64,000 nucleotides of DNA from Dictyostelium discoideum (taxonomy: Eukaryota), in NCBI GenBank assembly GCA_000004695.1, contig CM000150.2, positions 1,856,001-1,920,000 on the forward strand, written 5' to 3'. Below the pieces are notes generated by a model. The model was not told where the DNA came from. It made no database searches and saw nothing but the letters and a program-made list of their open reading frames with translations. A program made the translations under genes and the position numbers. Positions 1 through 10,521 of this stretch are shown piece after piece (positions within the stretch are counted from its first letter, which is position 1; the number at the start of each line of letters is the position of its first letter).

Positions 1-295
1 ACTAACACTTTGTAACCTTTTTTCACCAAAACTCCAACATTTTCAGGTGTCATTGATACTCTCTTTTCATTTTGATAAACTTCAGTTGGGATACCAATAG
101 TTAATTGTTCAAATGGAATACCTTTTGCATCTTTTGTTAATTCTAATGCCATATCAATTGATGTTATTCCTTGATTCGGTGTTGTTGGTAATACACTTCC
201 AGTTTGATCTTTTAATGTACTATAAAATAATCTATTTGTTACATTTCTTTTAATTGAAACTTTTTTTTTATTTTAGTTTTAATAAATAATTAATA

Positions 296-334
<39 letters not shown>

Positions 335-574
335 ACTAACTTTATTTGAAGGTTCAAAGTTGTTTTTATTTAAAACATTCTTATTTGATTCATTGAAATT
401 ACAATTAAATCTTGTGGATGTTGAAATTGGGTGGATTAATTTATTGGAATTATTCAATGTTGAATATCTAATATTATTTAATAATGATGATGATGATGAT
501 GATTTTGTTTTTAAAATTGTTCCGATTTGATTTGGTGAAACTTTTTTTGTAATTAAAGATAATAAATTATTCAT
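1..574 (-). CDS. NAD(P) transhydrogenase, mitochondrial (alanine-dehydrogenase/PNT N-terminal domain). 5' part of the gene; it continues beyond the window start.
   Basis: Exon 1 spans 574..337: MNNLLSLITKKVSPNQIGTILKTKSSSSSSLLNNIRYSTL..., a mitochondrial presequence. Donor gtaagt is the reverse complement of 331-336; acceptor is the reverse complement of ..aaaaaaaaag at 260-261. Exon 2 (259..1) reads ...ISIKRNVTNRLFYSTLKDQTGSVLPTTPNQGITSIDMALELTKDAKGIPFEQLTIGIPTEVYQNEKRVSMTPENVGVLVKKGYKVLV, matching the conserved PNT alpha-subunit start (IGIP.E....E.RV..TP..V..L.K.G..V.VE). Intron phase checks out (238 nt = 79 codons + 1). Confidence 0.8.
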
Positions 575-2187
575 CTTTAATTACTTTTTTTTTTTTTTTT
601 TTTTTTTTGATTTTGATTTTAATTATGATAATATAAAATAAAACAAATAAAATAATATACAAATAAAATAATAACAATTAAAAATACAGAAAAAAAAAAA
701 AGGTTAGAAATTAAAAATACAGATAAATCAAAAATAATAATAAAAAAAAAAAAAAAAAAAAATCAATAAAAAATTAAGAAAAAAAATATTAATTTATAAA
801 ATTATTGTAAATTTAATTTAGAAAAAAAAAAAAAAAAATAAAAAAAAAAAAAAAGATTTTTTTAATAATTAAATTTATAAATTTATAAAAAAAAAAATTG
901 TCATTTTACAAAAAAAGACTTATTGTGATGTTGATAAAAATATCTATTTTTTTTTTTTTTTGTTTTTTTAAATTATTAAATTTGCTTTCTTCATTTTTTT
1001 TTTTTTTTTAAAAATTTTGTTAACGATTTTGTTATTATTATTATTATAATAATAATTATTTTTATTGCTTTATTGTTTTGAGGTAAAAAAAAAATGATGA
1101 AAAAAAAAAATAAAAAAAAAAAAAGTTGATTTTCAAATTGAAATAAAAAACAAAAAATAAAAAAGAATAAAATACGAACCACTAAAATCGCCAGATGAAA
1201 TAGACTCAATCAACCTAAAAGAGAGAATGAACCAGAATAAATAGACCAACCCACACCAGAGAAAAAGATCCTACAATTAAGTGAAATTTATTAGAGGTAG
1301 AAAAAAGATTAGATAATTTTCATCAATTATTTAAAACTATTATTAATTTTGTTTTATTTAATATCAAAATGTTATATAAAAATAATAAATAAATAAATAA
1401 ATAAATAAATAAATATATAAGAATTAGTAAAAATTAATTATTTTTTTCTTTTTTATACTTTTTTTTTTTAATTAAAAAAAAAAAACCATTAAAATATAAA
1501 ATTACTTTAGGAAATATTAAAAAATAAAAAATATAAATTAAAATTAATATATAAAATAAAATAAAATAAAATAAAAAAATATTTTATAATCACTTTTGGA
1601 AGAATGACATTCTTTTTGTTTTCCAAATTTATGTATTTTTTTAACCCGCCAATTTTTTGTGCATATTTAAATTTTAAAAAAAAAAACCTCAATTAATTTT
1701 TTCGTTAATTTTAGAAGTTTAAACTCAATATGAACTATAAATTATGTATGAATTTTTTTTTTTTTTTTAATTGATATTATTATTTATTTTTTTTAATTTT
1801 TTTCTATATTAATTAGTGAATAATTATAAACAAAAATTAAAATTATTATTTTTTACCAACTAAAAAATTACAGAATTCTATATATTACAACCCAAAAACT
1901 TCATTTTTTAAAAAATAAATACCAATTATATTATTTTTAGAACATCCGGTTACCAACTTGCTGTACCAATCATGCTTTTCTTTAATAGGATTTACTGGTA
2001 AATCAAGTTTAATAGATCCATTTAAAAAATGTTGGAAGAACTTTTCAAATGATGGTTATGGTCATGGACCTTTATTACAATTTTTATCACTATCTTTTTA
2101 AATATCAAACTTGGACAAATAAAAAATAAAAAATAAATAAATATAAAGAGTTTTTTTTTTTTTATTATTTGTTTATTATTTGTTTAT

Positions 2188-2227
<40 letters not shown>

Positions 2228-2321
2228 AATACATGTACAGTGGAAAAAAGATAAAAAATCATACATCTTTTAATTAAAATGTATGTGGTAGTATATATTT
2301 AATGATTATTGGATTGAATTT

Positions 2322-4328
2322 TTAAGCAACTTCACCAACAACAACAGTAGTTTCAGATGGCTTAACTTCTTCTGATTGAGTGGTTGGTTTGATTTCTTCA
2401 GTTGATTTAACTTCTTCTGATGAAGTTGTTGTGGTAGTGGTGGTGGTGTTTGATTCAACTGGTTTAACTTCTTCTGATGATTTGCCTTCCTCTTTTGATG
2501 ATTCGGCTTCCTCTTTTGATGGTTTGGCTTCCTCTTCTGATGGTTTAACTTCCTCTGATGGTTTAGCTTCTTCTGATGGTTTAACTTCTTCTGATGGTTT
2601 GACTTCTTCTGATGGTTTGACTTCTTCTGATGGTTTAACTTCTTCTGATGGTTTAACTTCTTCTGATGGTTTAACTTCTTCAGTAGTAGTGGTGGTAGTT
2701 GTAGTTGTTGTTGTTTTAGATTTTGATTCTTTAACTGGTTTTGATTCTTTAACTGGTTTAGCTTCAATGAAATTAAGGAATTGAGCAAAATCTTTTTTAA
2801 TACTAAGTGGGAAAACTACTTTTCTAACGAACCATGGAATAGTTTTATTCAAATTATCACTCATATCTTTATTTTGTGGAAGTTTAGCAGCATCAAGCAT
2901 AGCACCTAAACCAAACTTTGCTGATGATTCAGATTTCATTACTTTATGAATGGTATCACCAAGTTTAATTTGATCAGCTTTTGGAATTTGAACTGCAGTT
3001 GGTAAGATTAAACGTTCTTCATCGAAAAAGTGAATATAGATAATATCGATTTGTTCATTGAGATTAGTTTGTAATTTACCGAAAATTTCAGACCAACCCT
3101 CAGAGATGCTGTCTTTCAATTCGACATTGTCAGTGATTGATTTAACCAATTCTTCCAATTGTTTATTCTTTTCAATCCAATCGTGATGTTGAGTATCCAT
3201 AAGAGCTAAATGTTCAGCTACTTCTGGTTTCTTTTCTTTTAACCATGACCAGACAATGCTATCCTCATGACCATGATGATGATGGAGGAATTCATGAACT
3301 GATGAAACTGACTTAACCATTTCGACAACCTCTGCTCTTGATTTTGGTTCAAAGGTTTTCAATCTTTTTATTAATAAATTATAACAATGTTTAAGTGCTA
3401 CATGAGTCCAAAGCCAACCTCCCATCCAGAAATTTGTCTTTCCTTCATTCTTAAAGAATACTGAAAGATCATTTTCATCACGTCCATCTTCATTTTTAAT
3501 TGTTGTTAATACAATTGGTTCAACATTAACTTCTTCTGTTGCCTTTGTTTCTTTTGTTGATTCTTCAACTGGTTTTACTTCTTCTGATGATTTGACTTCT
3601 TCAGTTGGTTTTACTTCTTCAGTTGGTTTTACTTCTTCAGTTGGTTTGACTTCTTCAGTTGGTTTTGCTTCTTCAACTGGTTTGACTTCTTCAACTGGTT
3701 TGACCTCTTCGACTGGTTTGACTTCTTCAGCTTGTTTTACTTCTTCGACTGGTTTTACTTCTTCGACTGGTTTTACTTCTTCGACTGGCTTTACTTCTTC
3801 AGTTGGTTTAACTTCTTCGACTGGTTTTGCTTCTTCAACTGGTTTGACTTCTTCGACTGGTTTGACTTCTTCAACTGGTTTAACTTCTTCAACTGGTTTG
3901 ACTTCTTCAGTTGGTTTGACTTCTTCGACTTGCTTAACTTCTTCGACTTGTTTGACTTCTTCGACTTGTTTAACTTCCTCAGTTGGTTTGACTTCTTCGT
4001 CTTGTTTGACTTCTTCGACTGGTTTTACTTCTTCAGTTGGTTTGACTTCTTCAACTGGTTTGACTTCTTCGACTGGTTTGACTTCTTCAACTGGTTTAAC
4101 TTCTTCAACTGGTTTTACTTCTTCGATTGGTTTTACTTCTTCGACTGGTTTTACCTCTTCAGTTGGTTTGGTTTCTTCAACAGAGACTGATGTGGCTTCA
4201 ACTTTAATTTCTTCTGATGGTTGTTCAAGTTTTTCGTCTTCAATTGGTAAAGTATTTTCTACTTTAACTTCTTCGACTTTAGTTTCCTCTGAAACATTAG
4301 TTGGTGTTTCTAAATTGTTATCGCTCAT
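2322..4328 (-). CDS. Hemerythrin-like (HHE cation-binding) domain protein with N- and C-terminal EEVKP(V/T) tandem repeats (668 aa, single exon)
   Basis: Uninterrupted 2007-nt ORF. The central region carries hemerythrin signatures: WTHVALKHCYNLL, HEFLHHHHGHEDSIVWSWL, EHLALMDTQHHDWIEK, and the classic IHFFDEERLILP (HFxxEExxLFP-like). It is flanked by about 40 copies of the hexapeptide EEVKP[VTS], encoded by an 18-nt DNA period (3540-4200 and 2440-2700). Confidence 0.7.
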   Translation of the reverse strand: MSDNNLETPTNVSEETKVEEVKVENTLPIEDEKLEQPSEEIKVEATSVSVEETKPTEEVKPVEEVKPIEEVKPVEEVKPVEEVKPVEEVKPVEEVKPTEEVKPVEEVKQDEEVKPTEEVKQVEEVKQVEEVKQVEEVKPTEEVKPVEEVKPVEEVKPVEEVKPVEEAKPVEEVKPTEEVKPVEEVKPVEEVKPVEEVKQAEEVKPVEEVKPVEEVKPVEEAKPTEEVKPTEEVKPTEEVKPTEEVKSSEEVKPVEESTKETKATEEVNVEPIVLTTIKNEDGRDENDLSVFFKNEGKTNFWMGGWLWTHVALKHCYNLLIKRLKTFEPKSRAEVVEMVKSVSSVHEFLHHHHGHEDSIVWSWLKEKKPEVAEHLALMDTQHHDWIEKNKQLEELVKSITDNVELKDSISEGWSEIFGKLQTNLNEQIDIIYIHFFDEERLILPTAVQIPKADQIKLGDTIHKVMKSESSAKFGLGAMLDAAKLPQNKDMSDNLNKTIPWFVRKVVFPLSIKKDFAQFLNFIEAKPVKESKPVKESKSKTTTTTTTTTTTEEVKPSEEVKPSEEVKPSEEVKPSEEVKPSEEVKPSEEAKPSEEVKPSEEEAKPSKEEAESSKEEGKSSEEVKPVESNTTTTTTTTSSEEVKSTEEIKPTTQSEEVKPSETTVVVGEVA
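2440..4200 (-). repeat. Coding 18-nt tandem repeat arrays (gacttcttc[ag]actggttt period) encoding (EEVKPx)n; two blocks, 2440-2700 and 3540-4200
   Basis: Direct inspection: near-perfect 18-bp periodicity. The opposite-strand ORFs listed in the table (2380..2784+, 3592..4356+, 3732..4190+, 2306..2788-) are frame shadows of this repeat. Confidence 0.85.
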
Positions 4329-5699
4329 TATTTTTGTACGAGAAAAATTATTTTAATGGTATTAAAAAAAAATTATGTTTTTTGTTTTTTTGTTTTTGGT
4401 TTTTTGTTTTTTGTTTTTGTTTTTGTTTTTTTTTTTTTTTTTTTTTTTTTTTTATTATTAGGGGTGTGAAAAAAAAAAAAAAAAATTTATGTTTACAAAT
4501 GTTTATATATAAAAATAATTATTTATAAATGTGGTGGTTGTGGTGTTTAAAATGAAATGAACAAAAAAAAAAAAAAAAAAAAAAAAAATCATTGACGTTG
4601 GAATTGTTTATTCCAATGATTTCATTTTTTTTTTATTTTTTATTATTTTTTTTTTTTTTTTTTTTTTCGGCAATTAACGCCATGGATTTATTTGAAAAAA
4701 AATTAAAACAAAAATAAATTTTCAAAAAATAAAATTGATTGGTTTTTATAATAAAATAAATAAAGAAGATTTATCATTAAAAAAAAAAAAAATTAAAATT
4801 ATAAAAAATTAAAAAAATAAAAATAAAAATATAAAAAGAAATAAAATTTAAACATTGAGAATTATCTGACAAGTGTAAACAATTTAAACTCATACCAAAA
4901 ATAAAAGATACTAATAATCAAATGATCATTTAATTATTATTATTATTATTATTATTTAATTTCATATTATTTTTTAAAATTATAATAGTTTTAATTTTTT
5001 CATTATTTTTTTTTTATTTTTTTTTTTAATCACTTTTTGGCATTCAATTATTTATTAAATAATTGATTACATATTAACTTTTTATTTTTATTTTTATTTT
5101 CATTCCGTTTTTGTTTTTTCATTTTTTTTTTCATTTTTTTTTATGATTTTTCTTTTTTTTTTTTGGATTTTTTTTTTGGATTTTTTTTTAGATTTTTTTT
5201 TAAAAGAAAAAGAATTATGTGTTATATTTTTATATAATTTATTAAATCTAGTTTACGCTTATTATTATTATTATTATTATTATTTTTATTATTTTTTTTT
5301 TTTTAAAGGAAAACTTAGAAAAAAAAAAAAAAAAAAAAATATAGTTAATTTTAGACGTTAGTCGTGTGGCAAAAAAATATTAAAATAACTATAAAAAAAA
5401 AAAAATTAAAAAAAATTAAAAAAAAAAAAAAAAAATTAAAAAAAACAAAAATTAAACAGGAATTTGAAATACTGGGGACCTTTTTCCTGTTTAATTTTTC
5501 ATTTTTTGACAACTAAACAATGATTTTCCACTTTATATTTTTTTATTATTTTTTTTCTTTTTTTTTTTTTTTTTTATTTTTTATTTTTTATTTTTTTTTT
5601 CTTTCTCCATACAGAAATCGAATTTTTTTTTTTAAAAGGAATACTAACAACAATATAAATTAATAATCAGTTAATTAATATTAATTGAAAATATATTAT

Positions 5700-5730
<31 letters not shown>

Positions 5731-5998
5731 CTAAAAACTTTAAAAATAATCAATTACAATAAAAAATTAAATAATAAATAAATAAAAAATTAAATAATAA
5801 ATAAATAATAAATAAATAATATTTAAAATAAAATAAAAATATAAATATAGGCTAATAATTAATAAATAAATAAATAAATAAATAATAAATAAATAATAAA
5901 TAAATAATAAATAATAAATAAATAATTAAATAAATATAATAATATAATATAATATTAAATACAGAAAAAAAAAAAAAAAAAAAAAAAAATATATAAAA

Positions 5999-7226
5999 AT
6001 GAAATCTTTTACATACATTTCATTTTTAATTTGTATATTATTCATTTTTATAAATATTGGACATGGTCAAATTTGGGAAGGTCCAAATCAAGAGTTGGGT
6101 ACATATTTTAGTTATGATAAAATGCAAGATCTTAATTATGATGTAACAAATTGGACTGTAAAAACAACAGATCACGATAGAACATATAATAGGTAAATAT
6201 TAAATAACAATTTTAATTTAACAATAACAATTTAAAAAATAATATATTAATTTCTTTATTTTTTATTTTTTATTTATAGATATGATTATTCATTTTTAAG
6301 ACTTCACCTTCGTAATACAAAATTTTTTTTTCATGGTTATATAGATGTTCATCCAAGAGTCGATGAGTTTACAACAGTTAAATTCTTAAAAAGTAAATAT
6401 TATTTCTATTTTCTATATATTTATTTTATATAAGTTAATATTAATTAAAATTTTTTTATTTTTTTATTTATTTATTTTTAGCTGGTTTTATTTATGATAA
6501 GATTAATCCAGATTATAATGGTACAGTTATGGATAGAGATAATATGTATACTCTTTCAGGTGAACTTATTGGTCTTAAAAATGTAACAACCTATACACAT
6601 CAATGGGTAAATGTTAGTAGACCATGTTGGGTAAATGGTACAAGAGCAATCAATTCACAATGTAATGGTACAACAATCGATATGAAGCCAATGAGAAATT
6701 GGTATGTTAAAGAATTACAACGTTTTAAAACTGTAAAACAAGAACCAATTCAATTACCAGAAAAGAAACTTACTGACAAAAACTCTGAAACTTTTGTATC
6801 AACTTTTGTAATCGTTATACAATTGGATGATGGTAAAATTGTTGATGCCACGTGGGATGGTGATAGGTTGCCCGAAGTCTGTAAAAAATGTGATGCTTGT
6901 ATTGATAATCAGTGTGGTGTTTATTGGGAAGATATGCCATGTGACCAATATAATGGTTGTATTTTAAAAATTATTGTTGCATGGGCTGGTAGAGATGCTT
7001 CTGGTACTAATTGTCGTTCAATTAATAGAGTAATTATTAAAATTTTATTAAAAAAAAAAAAAAAAAAAAAAACAAAAACTAATTTATAAATTTATAAATT
7101 TTATTTCAATAGATTCCATCAAATTTCCAAAGATACTCAGCAACTCCATACAAAAACATTGGTCGTAACTTTTTCGACGATTTTATGTACCGTGCTACCT
7201 ATGGCAAAGATCCAAATATTGCTTAA
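5999..7226 (+). CDS. Secreted, N-glycosylated Cys-rich protein of unknown family (4 exons)
   Basis: Exon 1 spans 5999..6192: signal peptide MKSFTYISFLICILFIFINIGHG, donor gtaaat at 6193. Exon 2 spans 6280..6392 (acceptor tatag at 6278-79, donor gtaaat at 6393). Exon 3 spans 6482..7029 (acceptor ttttag at 6480-81; contains the ORF MDRDNMYTLSGELIGLKNVTTYTHQWVNVSRPCW...; donor gtaatt at 7030). Exon 4 spans 7113..7226 (acceptor caatag; ...IPSNFQRYSATPYKNIGRNFFDDFMYRATYGKDPNIA*). Phases are consistent (2/1/0). Multiple NxS/T sites and a CKKCDACIDNQCGVYWEDMPCDQYNGC motif. Confidence 0.6.
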
Positions 7227-7434
7227 ACCTATCTTTTAATTATTATAATAAAAAATATTTATATTTATTCAAAATTAATTTCAACAATTACTTTAAATTT
7301 TAATTATTATTTTGCAAATTAAATTAAATGATACAATACATTACAAATTAATTTTATTAGGTTTTATAAATTTAATATTCTTGAATTTAAAATTATATAT
7401 ATAAACTACTATCATAAAAAGAAAATTCAAAAAT

Positions 7435-7506
7435 GGCTCCATAGCATAGTGGTATTGCGCTTCCCTAGTAAGGAAGAGGTCATGAGTTCGATCCTCATTG
7501 GAGCCT
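7435..7506 (+). tRNA. tRNA-Thr (anticodon AGU)
   Basis: Cloverleaf folded by hand. Acceptor stem ggctcca/tggagcc; D-arm gcat-agtggta-ttgc; anticodon stem cttcc/ggaag with loop ctAGTaa (T33, A37); variable loop aggtc; T-arm atgag-ttcgatc-ctcat (B box gagttcgatcctc). 71 nt plus discriminator T; followed by T4. Confidence 0.9.
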
Positions 7507-7534
7507 TTTAAAATTCGATCAGGAATAGACCAAA

Positions 7535-7546
7535 GGATCGATTCTC
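7535..7546 (+). promoter_or_regulatory. ex-B-box-like element (ggatcgattctc) about 29 bp downstream of tRNA-Thr
   Basis: Sequence resembles the B-box consensus GGTTCGANTCC. Dictyostelium tRNA genes commonly carry an extra B box 20-40 bp 3' of the gene (established knowledge). It lies at the head of the downstream minisatellite. Confidence 0.5.
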
Positions 7547-7745
7547 ATGCATGGATTCTCATGCATGGATTCTCATGCATGGATTCTCATGCATGGATTC
7601 TCATGCATGGATTATCATGCATGGATTCTCATGCATGGATTCTCATGCATGGATTCTCATGCATGGATTATCATGCATGGATTCTCATGCATGGATTCTC
7701 ATGCATGGATTCTCATGCATGGATTCTCATGCATGGATTCTCATG
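7536..7745 (+). repeat. 14-bp minisatellite (gattctcatgcatg)x~15 with a few gattatcatgcatg variants
   Basis: Direct inspection. The unit contains the palindrome catgcatg and the 3' half of the ex-B-box-like motif. ORFs 7498..7788, 7547..7774 and 7551..7784 are artefacts of this repeat. Confidence 0.9.
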
Positions 7746-7916
7746 TGCGATTATTTTTATCAATTCACATCTAGAAAAACCTAAATGAAACTAAAAAAAA
7801 TGTTTGATGAACAGTAAAAAGACATTTTCTTTTTAATTTTTTTTTAATATTTACAATTGTTTTTTATTTTCTTATTATTTTTTTTTTTTTTTTTTTTTTT
7901 ATTTAAAATTTAATTA

Positions 7917-8240
7917 TTAAATAATTTCACTGATACTTTCAAAGAAAGAAATATTTGGGAAGGTAATATTATGAGCCATTAGACATGATTGGTCAATTAT
8001 AAAAGAATTAATATCAGTGCCTTCTTGTTCAATTAATTTTGTTGGTCGGGGGCTTGATAAAATGGCACCATCATCGAATCTTACACCAATGTATAAATCA
8101 ATTGTTGAAATTTTTATTTTGCAAGATTCATTTTTATTTAAATAAAATGTTTCTGATGTTCCATTTGTTAATAGAATAATTTCATGTTCAGTTTTATTTA
8201 CCAATTCAAACTGTTTTTTTGGTGATGATATTAATTTCAT
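7917..8240 (-). CDS. Hypothetical 107-aa ORF ([80 protein letters not shown]...) immediately 3' of the kinase-like gene
   Basis: Genuine ATG at 8240 and stop at 7917. Moderate complexity. No recognisable domain. It could be an independent small gene or a downstream exon. Confidence 0.25.
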
Positions 8241-8345
8241 AGATTTTGAAAATCTTAAAATTGGTTTATTCTTATAATTATTATTATTATTATTTTTAAA
8301 ATTAAAAAAGAAATTAGTTAATATTTTTTTATATTAAATAAATAT

Positions 8346-8948
8346 TTATATATGATTAAAATTATACAATACAATTATAAATGGATGATGTAATAAAGTT
8401 TGTGCATCTAATCTATCAGATAAATTAGTTGCTAAACAACTATGTAAGAAATCAAATTGTTCAGTTGGTAAATCATCAGGAATATTATTTAAAGATTTAT
8501 CTATCATTTTTAATAAAATAAAACCAAAACTCCAAATATCGGATTTATGAGTAAAATTATTTGATTTTAAAACTTCAGGTGATTGATAATCTTGATTTAA
8601 AAAATTAGTTTTTGTAACACCAAAATCAATTATTTTAATTGTAAGAGTTTCTGGAAAAATAATGACATTTGAACAATTTAAATCTCTATGTACAATTTGA
8701 TGATTATCCATAAAACGTAAAGCTAATAAAATTTGTTCACAAATTTCTCTAATAACTTCTTGTGAGAAAAAATTATTATTATCAAATTTATCAATTGAAA
8801 TTCCACCATTAATTGATTCCTGATAAATTATAACATTTTTTTCACTTTTTTTTTCATCAATATCATAGTGTTTTATAATTGATGGATGATTTAATTTTTT
8901 TAATTTATAAATTTCATTTTCATTCTAATTTTGTTAAATAAAAAAATA

Positions 8949-8979
<31 letters not shown>

Positions 8980-9086
8980 TATTTGGAATGAAAAACAATT
9001 TATTTTAAATTCCATTGTGTAAATAAAAAAAAACTTACATTATAATTTAATTTATTAATTTTTCTAATATCACATTCGATATCCAT
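8346..9086 (-). CDS. Truncated protein-kinase-like protein (C-lobe only; about 209 aa; 2 exons)
   Basis: Exon 1 spans 9086..9039 ([16 protein letters not shown], donor gtaagt is the reverse complement of 9033-38). Exon 2 spans 8924..8346 (acceptor ttag is the reverse complement of 8925-28): [21 protein letters not shown]...[13 protein letters not shown] (catalytic loop HRDLxxxN)...IIDFGVTK (DFG)...YQSPEVL (APE-like)...[11 protein letters not shown]...LHHPFI (subdomain XI). No GxGxxG loop or VAIK lysine anywhere upstream in frame. Confidence 0.6.
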
Positions 9087-10296
9087 TTTTTTATTATTAT
9101 CTATTATTTATTATTTATTGATTGTTCTCTTTGTTACTACTATAATTTTTATTTTATAATAGTTTTTTTTTTTTTTTTTTTTTTGTAAATAATAATTTTT
9201 AAATATTGAAAAGACACAAAATTATTATATAATAAAATTGAATATCAATTATTTTTTTTTTTTTTTTTTTTTAAAAAAAAATAATTAAATAATAAAAAAA
9301 ATAATAATAATTTATATAAAAAAATAATAATTTAAATAATTTTTTTTTTTTTTTTTTTAATTATCAAAAGATAAATTTTTAATTGAGGATCCTGTATATC
9401 GTATAGATTATATACAACACCACACAGTTAACACATATAAAAATAAACACATATTAATAACCAATACATAGTCTCAACACACACTTTTTTTTTTTTGCTT
9501 GTGTGGTTCCTATAATTTTTTCTTTCAAAAACAAAAAAAAAACAAAACAAAATCAAATTGGGGGTCACATGAATTGAAATTATTTATTTATAATTAAAAT
9601 ATTTTTTATTACTAATTGTTTTTTTTTTTTTTTTGAATTATTTTTTTTGAATACCAAGACATCAAAAATTTTATATCACTATTTTTACAATTATTATTAT
9701 TTTTTTTTTATTTATTAATTATTATTTTTTTTTTTTTATTTTTTTTTTTTTTTTTTGTGGGTGTGTTATTTGTGTATTGTATAAAATTTTACTGAATTAT
9801 TTTTGTGTTTGATTTTAGTTCAACGAATATGAAAATGTTTAAAAATAAATCGTATATGGGAACATGATGATGTTATATTTTTACATTATGATAATTAAAT
9901 AATCAAAAAAAAAAAAAAAAACAAATATAAAAATAAAAAAACACTTCTTTCCAATTTAGGAATATATCTTGATCCAATAAATGTAACAATATTATTTAAA
10001 TAAATTATTTGATTAATATGTATAATTATAATAATATTAAAAAAATAAATGTCCAATTTTTTTTTTTTATTTTATCATTGTTTAAAAAAATTAATGATTC
10101 TTAAATAATAGAGTTTTCCTCAATAATTAATTATAAAAAAAAAAAAAAAAATTCTTAATATTATTTGAATGTGAATGATATAAAATATATTAAAAAAAAA
10201 TATATATATATTTAATTATAACCAACAAATTTTTTTTTTTTTTGAACTACAAAGAATTCTTTTAATATATAGTTTATTATTTTCTTCTTTATTTTC

Positions 10297-10476
10297 TTAC
10301 TCTTCACTAAAACTTAAAAATTCATCTTCTTCACTTAAACTATAATCATTATCTTCTAAAACAGTATTATCTTCACCCTCTTTATTTATTTTCTTGATTC
10401 TATTACATTCACTCTCACTATAATAATTTTCTTTGTCTTCATGCTCACCCTTGTCACCATCATCTTCATCATCATC

Positions 10477-10521
<45 letters not shown>

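Noticed and set aside
991-1692. ORFs 991..1209 and 1507..1692 (minus strand)
   Set aside because: Composed almost entirely of poly-A/T tract translations (FFFF/KKKK/IIII). No codon structure.
2380-4356. Plus-strand ORFs 2380..2784, 3592..4356 and 3732..4190, and minus-strand ORF 2306..2788 in a different frame
   Set aside because: Frame shadows of the 18-nt EEVKP repeat of the hemerythrin-like gene. They have extreme low complexity (TSS/GLT or FFDWF repeats) and are antisense or out of frame to a well-supported CDS.
4301-5361. ORFs 4301..4528 and 5143..5361 (plus strand)
   Set aside because: Poly-T/poly-A and (tta)n-derived pseudo-ORFs in intergenic AT sequence.
7536-7745. Minisatellite considered as a CRISPR-like array
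   Set aside because: Eukaryotic AT-rich genome. The units are contiguous with no unique spacers. It is simple tandem repeat expansion.
7498-7788. Three overlapping ORFs with MHGFSCMDSHAWIL repeats
   Set aside because: Translation of the 14-bp minisatellite in three frames. Not coding.
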